Of a DNA stretch of 64,000 nucleotides, positions 38,877-50,274 are shown one piece after another (the stretch's first letter is position 1; every line of letters begins with the position of its first letter). Made by a program: the position numbers and the translations under genes. Origin of the DNA: Chiloscyllium plagiosum (taxonomy: Eukaryota); contig NC_057711.1 in assembly GCF_004010195.1 (NCBI RefSeq), positions 71,524,511 to 71,588,510 on the forward strand, given 5' to 3'. The notes beneath the pieces were generated by a model. That model was not told the DNA's origin. It did no database searches and saw only the letters and a program-made list of their open reading frames with translations.

Positions 38877-39085
38877 TAGTTGGTTCTGCTATAATGTGTG
38901 TTTCTTCAATGCAAATTGGCTATAATGCAACTGAGGAATTTAGACCATTATCTGAACAATACAAACTTTCTTTACCTGTTGGTTATAATGCGATTCCGGC
39001 CCCATTAGTTTAAATGGTGCTGGTATTACGCAACTTTCTGAGGTCACACAGGAACAGAACTATTGCATTATATCAGAACCGACTG
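38877..39085. mobile_element. Tigger/pogo-like MITE
   Basis: TA-flanked imperfect TIRs tagttggttctgctataatg and cattatatcagaaccgactg. Confidence 0.8.
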
Positions 39086-40107
39086 TAAAATGGATGAATG
39101 AGTTGACAGAAAAATACTGCTTCATTTGAAAACAACTTTTAAATGAGGCTCCTGCCTTATAAATGGGCCTGATACAGGAAAAGATTGAAATACAGTGAAA
39201 TGATTAATTGAACATCACGTTTGCCCAATAGATATAGATAAACAACTTGTGAATTAGTGGGCCACAAACTATTTATAATTAGTAGTTTGCTAATTCTCGG
39301 AGAATCCTTATCAGTTCATGCATAACTGAATTTACAACAAGGGAAAATGTTTTGAAAGTGTGGAATATTTATGAGGGAGTTTAACAATAAGTTACATTGC
39401 ATGGAGACTAATTATGAATGTTATTTATACTAAGGGTTAATCTAATGAAATTGTACATCTGGCATGACCTCATGATATTTATCCTTTAACAGTATTTGAA
39501 TTGCTTAGAAGTTAATGAAATATTGAAGGCCTCAGGGACCAACATCTGAAAACATATAGAGAGGCACTCAAACAATACATCATTTGAGTCACACAATGTT
39601 TAGTTTAGACATAGAATCACTAGGTCCCTGACTTTTGCCAATATGGACAGTGTAGGCAATGCTGGAGTTTGCCAGGAATTCTCTCATTTTTTTGCGAGTG
39701 TGGAAAGCTATCTTTAGCAACACTGGGAGTGGCATCACAAGCACTGTGACTGCTTAGGACATAAGTGTAGGAAATAGATCGATAAGCATAAAGCACAACG
39801 TCAGGCTTTTGGCCTGGTTACATTTCAGCCCAATTTCCACATTAAAGCACATAAAGTATGCCTTCCAACTATGCTCCTATAGGTGGGCATCTTTAGTCAG
39901 GTTTCAAGCTACTCTGGGGAATTGTTCAAATCATACTTCTGCTTGGGACAACTGGAATTAATTCTTCTCAACTCAAGAGTTCCATGACTTTCAGATGCAG
40001 CTGCACATGGGAAAGACTCAATTACTTCTACAAAAATAATCACATGTTCTCTTAAGAACATTTTACAAACACAAAAACATTAGGGCTAAAATTTTATAAT
40101 TGCATAT

Positions 40108-41265
40108 GAACAGAAACATAAGAACTAGGGCAGGAGTAGGCCATCTGGCCCTTGAGCCTGCTCCGCCATTCAAGAAGATCATGGCTGATCTATTAAATAA
40201 AAACCGAAAGAACTGCAGATGCTGTAAATCAGAAACAAAAGCAGAAATGTCTGGAAAAGCTCTGGCAGGCACCTGTGAAGCGAAATTAGAATCAACAGCT
40301 CAGTTCCAGTGACCTTTCCTCAGAGGGTTCTGATGAAGGGTCACCCGAACTAAGATATTGAATCTGATTTCTCTTCCCGGATGCTGCCAGACCTGGTGAG
40401 CTTTCCCAGAGATTTCTACTTTTGTTTCTGGTTGATCTTTTCGTGGACTCAGCTCTATGTACCCACCTACTCATCGTAACCCTTAATTCCGTTACTGTTC
40501 AAAATCTAACTGTCTTTGCCTGACAAGCATTCAACGAGGTAGCCTCAACTATTTCACGATGCAGATAATTCCACAGATTCACAACCCTTTGGGTGAAGAA
40601 GTTCCTCCTCAACTCAGTTCTAAATCAGTTCCCCCTTATTTTGAGGCTATGCCCCAGTTCTAGTTTCACCCACCAGTGGAAACAACCTCCCTGCTTCTAT
40701 CTTTACTCCCTTCATAATTGTATATGTCTCCACAACATCTCCCCTCATTCTTCAAAATTCCAATGAATATAGTCCCAGTCTACTCAATCTCTTCTCATAA
40801 GCCATCCTCCTCAATTCCAGAATCAATCTAGGTGACCTCCTCTGCACCCCTTCCAGTGCCAGTACATCCTTTCTCTAGTAAGGAAACCAAAATTGTACAT
40901 GGTACTCCAGGTGTGACCTCACCAGCATCCTATACAGCTGCAGTATAACCTCCCTGTTTTTAAACTCCATCTCTCTAGCAATGAAGGACAAGATTTCATT
41001 TGCCTTCTTAATTACTTGCTGCATCTGCAAACCAACATTTTGTGATTCATGCACAAGAACACTCAGGTCCCTCTGCACAGCAGCTGCTGCAATTTTTCAC
41101 CATTTAAATAATAGTCCAGTTTGCTGTTATTCCAACCAACATGGAAGACCTCACATTTACCAACATTGCACTCCAGCTACCAGAGCCTTGCCTACTTACT
41201 TAACTTATCTACATCCCTCTGCAGACTTTCAGTGTCCTCTGCGCACTTTGTTCTACCACTCATTT
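40108..41265 (-). mobile_element. CR1 LINE 3' part (subfamily as 24325-25730)
   Basis: Tail aacataagaac; QLYRMLVRSHLEYHVQFW. Confidence 0.92.
40192..40428. mobile_element. Older fold-back PLE-derived insertion in the CR1 tail
   Basis: Near-TSD tggctgatct (40182-40191) / tggttgatct (40429-40438). Inverted arms centred near ctgatgaagggtcac (~40330). Confidence 0.75.
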
Positions 41266-41433
41266 TGCAATGCATGATTAGCCGATGCTCATTAGGTATA
41301 ATAAAGACATCTTGGGATCTTCCTGCTACCTGATCATTTATGTGACTGTTGCATGTAGCCAGCATTAAATATGATGTTGATTAGCTGCATACATCAGCAG
41401 GAGATTCAAGATCAATACTTGCCAACACAACTT

Positions 41434-41735
41434 GGGCGGCACAGTGGCTCAGGGGTTAGGACTGCTGCCTCAGAGCACCAAGGTCCCAAGTTCGATTCCA
41501 GCCTCAGGCGACTGTCTGTGTGGAGTCTGCTCAATTTCCCTGTGTCTACATGCGGGTGCTCCCGTTTCCTCCCACAGTCCAAAGATGTGTGGGTCAGGTG
41601 AATTGGCCGTGCTAAATTGCCCATCGTGTTAGATGCATTAGTCAAAGGAAATGGGTCTGGGTGGGTTACTCTTCAAAGGGTTGGTGTGGACTTGTTGGGC
41701 CGAAGGGCCTGTTTCCAAACTTTAGGGAATCTAAT
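41434..41735 (+). mobile_element. HE1-like SINE
   Basis: Full head, core and tail; TSD caactt at 41428-41433 and 41736-41741. Confidence 0.95.
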
Positions 41736-41764
41736 CAACTTAAAGCTTTTTAATATAAATAAAA

Positions 41765-41990
41765 TAAAAATAAACAAAAATTGCTGGAGAATCTCAACAG
41801 GTCTGGAAGCATTTACGGGAAGAAAGTAAAGTTAATGTTTCGAGTCCACTGACTCTTTCTCAAAACTATTCTGCTCTGCTAAAAAGAAGTTGGAGACAAA
41901 AAAAATCTGCATATGCTGGAATCCAAAGTAGACAAGCAGGAGGCTGGAAGAGCACAGCAGGCCAGGCAGCATCAGGAGATGGAGAAAAGT
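41765..41990 (-). mobile_element. Two PLE 3'-end fragments
   Basis: Minus-strand stem gagtc-agtg-gactc-GAAAC (~41835-41860); second tail at 41895-41990. Confidence 0.65.
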
Positions 41991-42610
41991 TAGACAATGT
42001 TAAAAGGTAAAAGGTAGACAATGTTGTTTCTTAATGGTGAGGTACAATGTCTAATGGACAATGCTAAGAAGATCCTAACTAATATTTCATTGCTACAAGA
42101 GGAAGCACGGACTGAAGTCAGGCAGCTTGCTTCAATACCAACTCAGACAGCTCTTACGGAAGCACAAGCTGCCTTCACAGGGCCTTCTATGTATTCAGCA
42201 ATCTGTCCACCAATAGCTACCTTGGATTGCAATGTGGTGGTTCCACAGAGCACAAGCTGATTTCCCTCTGTCACTATTTATTATTAGTGTATAAGAAATA
42301 ATATTAGTTGAACTCGAAGCCTGAAGCTAGTTCTTGACTTTGCCGATCTGCACTGAAACCAAATTTATAGTGTGGCATCAAACCACAAGATAAAATATGA
42401 TGGCAACAAGAAATAGAACTAAGATTGGCTGGAGAACAGAAGAAGGAGGAAGTGATGTATTTCTCTTCTCATGTGGTCGACGATGCCCTCCAGCCCATCT
42501 CTTCCACTTCCTGCACCTCCGCCCTTGAACCCCACCCCTTCCAAAGCAGCATGGACAGAACCCCCCCCCAGTCCTCACCTTCCACCCCACCAATCTCTCT
42601 ATACATTGTG

Positions 42611-42921
42611 GAGAAAGTGAGGTCTGCAGATGCTGGAGATCAAAGTTGAAACTTTATTGCTGAAACAGCACAGCAGGTCAGGCAGCATCCAGGGAACAGG
42701 AGATTCGACGTTTCGGGCACAGGCCCTTCTTCAGGAATGAGCAGAGAGTGTTCAGCAGGAGAAGATAAAAGGTAGGGAGGAGGGACTTGGAGGAGGGGCG
42801 TTGGAAATGTGATAGGTGGAAAGAGGTCAAGGTGAGGGTGATAGGTCGGAGTAGGATGGAGGCGGAGAGGTCAAGAAGAAGACTGCAGGTCAGGAAGGCG
42901 GTGCCGGGCTGGAGGGATACA
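42611..42921 (-). mobile_element. Young PLE 3'-end insertion with intact hammerhead
   Basis: 15-bp TSD tctctatacattgtg at 42596-42610 and 42922-42936. Confidence 0.93.
42703..42738 (-). ncRNA. Minimal hammerhead ribozyme motif (best-preserved copy)
   Basis: ATTC-CTGAAGA-A-GGGC-ctgt-GCCC-GAAAC-GTC-GAAT. Stem I is ATTC/GAAT, stem II is 4 bp, and the palindromic ACGT replaces stem III. Confidence 0.82.
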
Positions 42922-43554
42922 TCTCTATACATTGTGTCAACCCTCCCCCTATATTATCCCAGTCCCACATCCCCCTCCCAATTATCTCACAGCTCCCTCC
43001 CCCCGCCCCCCAGCCTCATTACTGATGGAATGACTCACCCTGACTCACCCCACGTCCTGAAGAATGGTCACACCCGAAATGTCGATTCTCCTGCTCCTCG
43101 GATGCTGCCAAGCCTGCTGTGCTTTTCCAGCACCACAGTCTCAACACTGGAGAAGAGAAGAATACAAAAAATTAATTTTTTAAGCATAATTATCAATGTA
43201 GTGAACAATGAAAAAAGAAGAGCTGAACAGTAGCTACGGAGGAAACATCTCTGAAAAAAAACTTTCTGAAAAACACCATAAATCTATAAATCCTTATACA
43301 CTATATCGTGTCTTTTTAAAAAAGCAATGAGAACAGTAAAAGCTCTCCAGCAGATAAGGGGAGAAATCCAAATCAGAGATTTGAAAAAAGGCAGATTATT
43401 GGACACCCAAAGCAAACTCACTCACTTGAAGGAAGGAACGAGAAAGGATCCGACTTAACGTTTCATGTCCGAAGATTCTTCTTGGGAAAATCTTTGACTC
43501 CAAATTTTAAAAAACTGTTTCCCTGTCCAGAAATGCTGCCAGAACTGGATAGAG

Positions 43555-44262
43555 ACAGAAAAAAAACTGCAGATGCTGGAATTCAAAATAGACAAGAGGC
43601 TGGAAGAACACAGCAAGCCAGGCAGCATTAGGAGCTGGAGAAATCCATTTTGGGTGTAACCCTTTTTCAGGACTTGGGGTGAGTGTAAAGGAAGCTGCAG
43701 ATAAAGGGGGTATCAGGGGCAGGGTGGGAAGTGGGGATAGGTAACAACAGGTAGAGGGTACGACCTGGTTGGTCAATGGGAGGAATGAATCCAGTTGGTG
43801 GCAGGAAGGAATGGAAGGGAGGAGGTGGGGCTGGGAAGGGAGTCAAGGGATGGGAAGGGAGGTTATTTGAAATTGGAGAACTCAATGTTGAGTCTTCTAG
43901 GCTGTAGGTTGCCCAGGCAGAAGATGAGGTGTTGTTCCTCCAATTTCCAGTGTGCTTTATTGTGGCAATGGAGGAGGCTAAGGATGGTCATGTCGGAAAG
44001 GGAATGGGAAGGGGAATTAAAATGGGCAGTGACTGGGTGGCCCAGTCGGTCCATGCAGGCCCAGCTGAGATGCTTGGCGAACCATTTCCTAAGTTTACAT
44101 TTGGTCTCCCCGATGTAGAGAAGACCACATCAAGTGCACCTGATGCAGTGAACTAGGTTGGAAGAGAGGCAGGTGAACCTCAGTCTCACCTGGAAGTACT
44201 GATTGGGGCCCTGGATGGAAGAGAGGGGGGGTGGTGTACTGGCAGGTTTTGCATCTTTTCCG
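43555..44262 (-). mobile_element. PLE: GIY-YIG domain plus 3' UTR
   Basis: SSNLVHCIRCT..., HPVTAHFNSPSH...KLEEQHLIFCLGNLQP..LNIEFSNFK; decayed hammerhead at ~43645-43672. Confidence 0.92.
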
Positions 44263-45267
44263 GTTAGACAGAGATTTGTTTTAGGTGGAAATGAGAAAGA
44301 GCACAGGAAGGAAGTCACAGTTGAGAGTCATATATAGTTAAGCCCCCAAAGAGTTACCTCACTGTAGGACAAAGTATAAATCAGCTAAAAATGGAGATTC
44401 GCAAGACGAGACTACAATTTTCATGAGTGATTTTAATCAACAGATTGACTGAACAAATCAAATGACAAGGGTGACATGGAAGACAAAATTCTAGACTGTT
44501 CAGGCATTGCTTCTTAGACCAATATGTTGCAGAATCTACCTGGGAGCAGGCTATTTTAGATCTGGTAATGCCTAGTGGGATAGGATTAATAAGAGATCTT
44601 GGAGTTAAGGACTACAACATAGTAGAATTTCAATTTAGTGTGAGGGAAAGCAATTTGGGTCTGAAACCAGTATATTCAGTTTAAATAAGGATAATTATAG
44701 AGGTATGAAGAAAGGAAAATAGACTAAAAAGAAATTTAGCAGACACTGAGGCAAATATTTGACAGAACTCATTAAAAAGAAGGACTCAACAAGAAGGATG
44801 AACCACCTGTGGTTAGCAAAGGTGAAGAGAGTATCCAATCAAAAACTAAGGCATACAAAGCTAATAAAAGCCTGGCTAAAAGGCTATTAAAGTGGGAGAA
44901 AATTAATTACAAAAGCAAATTGGCAGGAATATAAAACCAAACCATAAGTGCTTCTACAAGAACACAAAAGAGGGTAGATAAAGCAAGTGTGGGATATGTG
45001 GAGGATGCAACTGGGGAAATTGATAATGCAGAACAAGAAAATTGCAGATATTTTGTATCAATCTTCATGGTAGAGGATACAATGAATAAAAATCCCAAAG
45101 ATCACAGATAAGGTTTGGAACAGATGGGAGGAAAGATTTTCCAATCATCTCAAGCAAAGTATTGGGCAAACTAATGACACTGAAGTCAGATAATTGTCAG
45201 GTCTGACTGCCTGCATCTAAGCATTTCAAAGGATGCAACTCCAAAGATAGTGGAGAAATTGGTTGAA

Positions 45268-46040
45268 ATCATCATCATCATTATTAGCAGTCCCTCAGTG
45301 GATACAAAATATTAGTTTAAAATATCTAGCAATTTTCTTGTTCTGCATTATCAATTCCCCAGTTGCATCCTTCACATATCCCACACTTGCTTTATCTACT
45401 CTCTTTTGTATCCTGTAGAGGCACTTATGATTTGTTTTTATATTCCTGCAAATTTACTTTTGTAATTAATTTTCTCCCACTTTATTAGCCTTTTAGTCAG
45501 GGTTTTATTAGCTTTGTATGCCTCAGTTGAATCTCATCAACTTTCAGGATGAGTCTGTAGGTGGCTGTGCAGATTGATGTGGCTTCCACAGGCTCTGTTT
45601 TGGGTGGAAGATGGTCACAGGGAAGGGTAGGTGGGGTATTGGGTGGCAGTGCATTCCTTCCGCTATCTTCGCCTGGCTTCCGCTTTTTCCAAAGGCAAGC
45701 TTCAAGATGTTTCATGCCCTCCCAGATGCTCCTTCTCTACTTTGGACAGTTTTGAGTCAGTGATTTCCAGGTGTCTGTGGGAAAGCTGCACTTTGCCAGT
45801 GAAGCCTTGAGGGTATCCCTGAAGCACTGCCACTGTCCGCCTGTGGCGCACCTGTTGTTTCGAAGCTGGGAGTAGAGCAGCCACTTGGGAAGTCTCGTGC
45901 TAGTCATGGGGATGATGTGCCGGGCCTGTCACAGCCAATCATGTGTGTTCGATGCTGGTAATGTTGGCCAGGTGAAGGATGCTGATGTTAATGCATCTTT
46001 CTCCCCAGAAGATTTGCAGAATCTTACACAGGCAGCATAT
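45268..46040 (-). mobile_element. RTE-clade LINE 3' part
   Basis: CLCKILQIFW...ISILHLANITSIE...GHIIPM..RLPKWLLYSQL...GGQWQCFRDTLKASL..C...TWKSL; (GAT)n tail read on minus at 45268-45283. Confidence 0.85.
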
Positions 46041-46344
46041 TTCAAAACTCACTGCATTCTGGGAGAATTCCAGTCGATTGTCAAACTGCTAACATGTCAC
46101 TCTACTCAAGAAGGGAGGGAGACAGTAAACTAGAGGCCAGTTAGTCTGAAATCTGTCAATGGGAAAATTCTAGAGATTGTTGTTTAGAAACACCTAGCAG
46201 GAAAAACTTAAAGTAATCAAGCGGAGTGAATATGGCTTTGTGAAAGGATAGTCATGTTCAACAAATTTTCCTAGAGTTCTTCGAGGATATAATAAGCAAC
46301 ATTGATTAAGGATGGGATGATGATGCTCCTTTAACAAGGTTATG

Positions 46345-46666
46345 ATTAGATTATATTAGATTCCCTGCAGTATGAAAACAGGCTCAACAAGCCCACACCG
46401 ACCCTCCAAAGTGTAACCTACCCAGAGCCATTCCCCTACCCTATAGTTACCCCTGACTAATGACCTAATAATATGGGCAATTTAGCATGGCCGATTCACC
46501 TGACCTCTTTGGATTGTGGGAGGAAACCGGAGCACCCAGAGGAAACCCATGCAGATACGGGGAGAATGTGCAAACTCCACATAGACAGTTGCCCAAGGCT
46601 GGAATCAAACCCAGGTCCCTGGCACTGTGAGGCAGCAGTGCTAATCACTGAGCCACCATGCTGCCC
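46345..46666 (-). mobile_element. HE1-like SINE
   Basis: Full head, core and tail. Confidence 0.95.
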
Positions 46667-47151
46667 TACTATGTTGTTATATTGTCCTTGGTTTTTTTCA
46701 AGAGGGGTTGTAAAAGGCAGACGTTCCAATTTGTCTGGGATAAGGGACTTCTGCTAATTGCTAATAGAAACTGCCGAAGGCAACAATTGGGAAAAGGCTT
46801 TTGTTTTAAAACGCTTGTACAATGAAAGGGGAGTGGCCAGTTCTCCCAATTCAGAGTGTTCTCTTAGTTTTGGTTTGGTTTGGTTTGGGTTTTTAGCAAG
46901 CAGTCTGTTCAAAGTTGTTGGTCAAAGAAAACTGCTGGGAAAAAAAGGTTCCCTGATGCAACAGATGTTTCTGGCTGACTATCTCTCTCTAACATCTCTC
47001 CCTGTGTTTGAACTTATCTTTTTTGCTAAGGGGTGTGTTTATGAGGATGTTGCAAGAAATCGGAACAATTCCTTCATTAAATTGAACGGATGTCATGTCA
47101 GTTGGATTTTCAAATAGGTGCTATTTTAAATTCAATTTTATTTTGCTTGTA

Positions 47152-47526
47152 CAGTAGCACCTCGACTTCCGAACTTAATCCATTCTGGGTCCCGGTTCGC
47201 GAACTGAAAAGTTCGTGAACTGAATCAATTTTTCCCATTGTTCGGATAGCGTAAGAATGCTTGGACGTAGCAATGAACGCTGTTCACCGCACACGCGCCA
47301 AAGACGAACTGAATGAGATCACGGGGGGCCTGAGAGCTTTTGCATTCAACAAGCGCGTAGCAAAGCAAAACAATGAAACCACGTGGTCACACACGGGCTT
47401 TTTGCGTTTATACCTTCGTTCGTACTTTGAATTTCATACATATGTTGAAGCAAAATTTTACGTACAATCCTGTTCGTAAATCGATTTGTTCGTGAACGGG
47501 GTCATTCGTATGTCGAGGCGCTATTG
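47152..47526. mobile_element. Tigger/pogo-like MITE, CpG-rich
   Basis: TA TSDs at 47150-51 and 47527-28. TIRs CAGTAGCACCTCGACTTCCGAA and reverse-complement CAATAGCGCCTCGACATACGAA. Confidence 0.9.
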
Positions 47527-48144
47527 TATTTCATTTGGTGATGTGTAAATAAGTTTTGTTTACTTGAAGCCAAGAAGTTTGGCCAGCTGCATCACTCCTG
47601 GAATATCCACTCTATATCTACCTAAAACAATTTAAAAGGTTAGGATCGGGGATACCTTTTTGAAATGTTTTGAGGGGGTCTGGCCTGGTCCATAATAAGG
47701 GGAATTAGTTGGCATTTCATATTTGGATTTTCAGAAGGCATTCAATAAGGAGCCATGTTATAGGTTATTCCGCAAGATAGGAGGATCATGCTATTAGGTG
47801 TAATATGTATGGACTGAGCATTAGTTAACACACAGAAAACAGAGAGTCTGGATTAATGGATCATTTGTTCAGATTAAGAAGCTGTAGTGGAGGGGCACAA
47901 GATCAGTCCTAGGATTCTCATTTATTTATTATCTATATTAAAGTCTTAGAAGAGGGAGCAGAGTGTAGTGTATCCAAATTTGTGGACAATTCAAAAGATG
48001 TTGTGATGAGAATATAAGGTGTCTAAATTGGGTATACTGTAGATAGATTGAATGAGTGAGCAAAAACTTGTTAGATAGAGTTTAACATAGAAATTGTGAG
48101 ATCATGCACTTAAGTCGGAAGAATCAAAAGGTAGACAGAGAATG

Positions 48145-48888
48145 TAACAAGTTAATCTAAAAGAAAGGGAAGAAATGGAAGTGTGTTCACAATTTGAGAC
48201 CAGAAGGCTGTGAAGTGGCTAGTCTGAAGATGTGATTTGGAGATGCTGGTGTTGAACTGAGGTGACAAAGTTAAAAATCACACACCAGGTTATAGTCCAA
48301 CCGGTTTAATTGGAAGCACTAGCTTTCAGAGCGCTGCTCCTTCACCAGGTGGTTATGGAGTATAAGATGTCTGAAGATGAGATGATGTTCCTCCAGTTTG
48401 TGCTGTGATTCACTGGAGCACTGCCGTATGTCAAGGACAAACAAGTGGGCATGTGTGCAGGATTCTTTGTTAAAATGACTGGCTATGAGAAGGTTGGGAT
48501 CCTGCCTGTGCATGGATTGGAGGCGTTCTGCAAAGCGGTCACCCAGTCTGTGTTTGGTATCTCCAATGTAGAGTAGGCCACATCGGGTGCAGTGATTACA
48601 ATACACAAGATACCCATTTCTTCTCTTTCAAGTCTGGAAGTTAGCCACACAATTGTTCTTCCATTCTCATATCCCGGTCACTTAATCTGAACTATCAACA
48701 GCTATTGTCCACCAGCACCCTATACCCTGCCAACCCCAGAACCATCGATAGCATAAATGCTGCTCCATCCGCACTTCACTTCAGTTCTGATGAAGAGTCA
48801 TCTAGATGAGAAACAATAGTTTGTTCTCTTTCTCTCTATGGATGTTGCCTGACCCACTGTAATCTCCAGCAATTGTTATTTTCAGTCT
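48145..48888. mobile_element. Inverted PLE: minus-strand GIY-YIG plus plus-strand 3' end with hammerhead
   Basis: YCNHCTRCGLLYIGDTKHRLGDRFAE...KLEEHHLIFRL at 48200-48606 (-); ctgatga...gaaac at 48787-48814 (+). Confidence 0.85.
48233..48368 (-). mobile_element. Short PLE-derived insertion of another family, with hammerhead
   Basis: 11-bp TSD gtctgaagatg at 48222-48232 and 48369-48379. Minus strand reads cac-CTGGTGA-a-GGAGC-agc-GCTCT-GAAA-GCTA-gtg (48317-48351). Confidence 0.85.
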
Positions 48889-49227
48889 GGAGTTCTGTAC
48901 ACCATTTTGATTGCCTTTTTTTTAAAGAACGATACATTTGTATTGAAGATAGTTCAAAGAAATTCACTAGTTGATTCCTGAGGATGTGGGAGTTGTATCA
49001 GGAAATGTTAAACAGGCTAGGTCTTTGTTCAATAGAATTTAAAGAATGAAGGATGATCTTATTGAAACATACAAGATTCAGAAAGGGTTTGATAGGGTAG
49101 ATTTTGAGATGTTTCTACTAATAGGGGAGACTTGAATTAAGGGCAAATGTTACAGAATATGGGAACACTCATTTAAAACTGAGATTTTGAAGGAAATTCT
49201 TTTCTTGGAGGGTGTGACTGTCTAGAA

Positions 49228-49481
49228 TTCTCCACCTTTAAGTTCTCTTCCAAGCCACTCACAATCTTGACTTGCAAACATATCACTAGTTTCTTCAATG
49301 TCGCTGGGTCAAAACTGTGGAATCTCTCCCTCACAGCATTGAGGGTGCACCTACAGTACACAGACTGCACCAATCGAGGAAGGCAGCTCATCACCACCTT
49401 CTCAAGGGCATTTAGGGATGAGCAATAAATGCAGGCCAAGCCAGTGATACCCATATCCCATGAATGGATAAAAAAAAAAAT
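49228..49481 (+). mobile_element. LINE 3' end (CR1/L2-group) with poly-A
   Basis: gcagctcatcaccaccttctcaagggca...aataaatgc...atcccatgaatgg then an A-tract. Confidence 0.8.
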
Positions 49482-50116
49482 TAAAGAAGAGGTAGATAGA
49501 TTTTTGCGATATCGAGGAGTTGACAGCTTGCTGAGTTGACATAAAAGAGGAGTTGAGGCATGGGACAAATCAGCCATGATCTTGTTGAATGGTAGAACAG
49601 TCATGAGGGGCCGAATGGCCTATTAGTGCTTATATTTCCTATGTCCTTATGCTCAGTTTCTGCAGCACTTTTTGTTTTTTAACGTCAGATTTCTGGGATT
49701 GGCAGTATTTGTAAGATCGAAGGAAGCTTTATTTCCCCCAGAAAACTAGGCCGAGAAATATAGTTTAGACTTCATTTGGGGAATTACCAAATTTCTGAGC
49801 CAGTTACTCAATGGCAAAGTTAACAGCAACACATTTGAATGATTCTTCAGGTACCAGCTTTAAAAAAATCTGTTGAAAAAGAAAAATTGCAATATCAGAG
49901 ACAGAACAGCAAAGTTTTCAAAGTCTTTGTTATTTCATGGGATGAAAGGAACATTTTATAACAGGTTTTTTTCTCAGTTTTGTGAATTAAAATGCATAAA
50001 ATTCGAGAAAGATAAAGAGTATAAATCGATCAGGTACTGTTAGATTAGATGCATTGGATATCTGATCATGCAATTATGGAAACTTACAACAAGAATTCAT
50101 TGGAGACAGAATTGTC

Positions 50117-50274
50117 AGTCTGGATGGGTATATGAATAGGAAGGGTTTAGAGGGTTAAGGGGCAGGTGCTGGCAAATGGGACTAGATTAGGTTAGAATAA
50201 CCGGTTGGCATGGACGAGTTAGACTGAAGTGTCTGTTTCCATACTGCATCTCTATGACTCTATGACTATGACTC
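50117..50274 (+). mobile_element. CR1 3' tail
   Basis: ctggatgggtatatgaataggaaggg...(ctatgact)n. Confidence 0.9.

Larger units (their letters stand above)
42462..43150 (+). mobile_element. Deleted PLE (coding fragment plus 3' end) hosting a second PLE insertion
   Basis: SHVVDDALQPISSTS matches the PLE ORF at ~61050. Decayed hammerhead ctgaaga...gaaatgtc at 43057-43083. Confidence 0.8.
46313..47697. mobile_element. Probable solo LTR inserted in CR1, hosting a SINE and a MITE
   Basis: Non-CR1 block interrupting colinear CR1. Termini tgggatg...cataata resemble a decayed TG..CA. Flanks agga/aggg form a near 4-bp TSD. Confidence 0.5.
44400..49630 (+). mobile_element. Old CR1 ORF2 (EN to 3' tail) fragmented by nested insertions
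   Basis: Colinear CR1 pieces at 44400-45267, 46045-46312, 47698-48140, 48890-49228 and 49482-49630. Confidence 0.8.
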
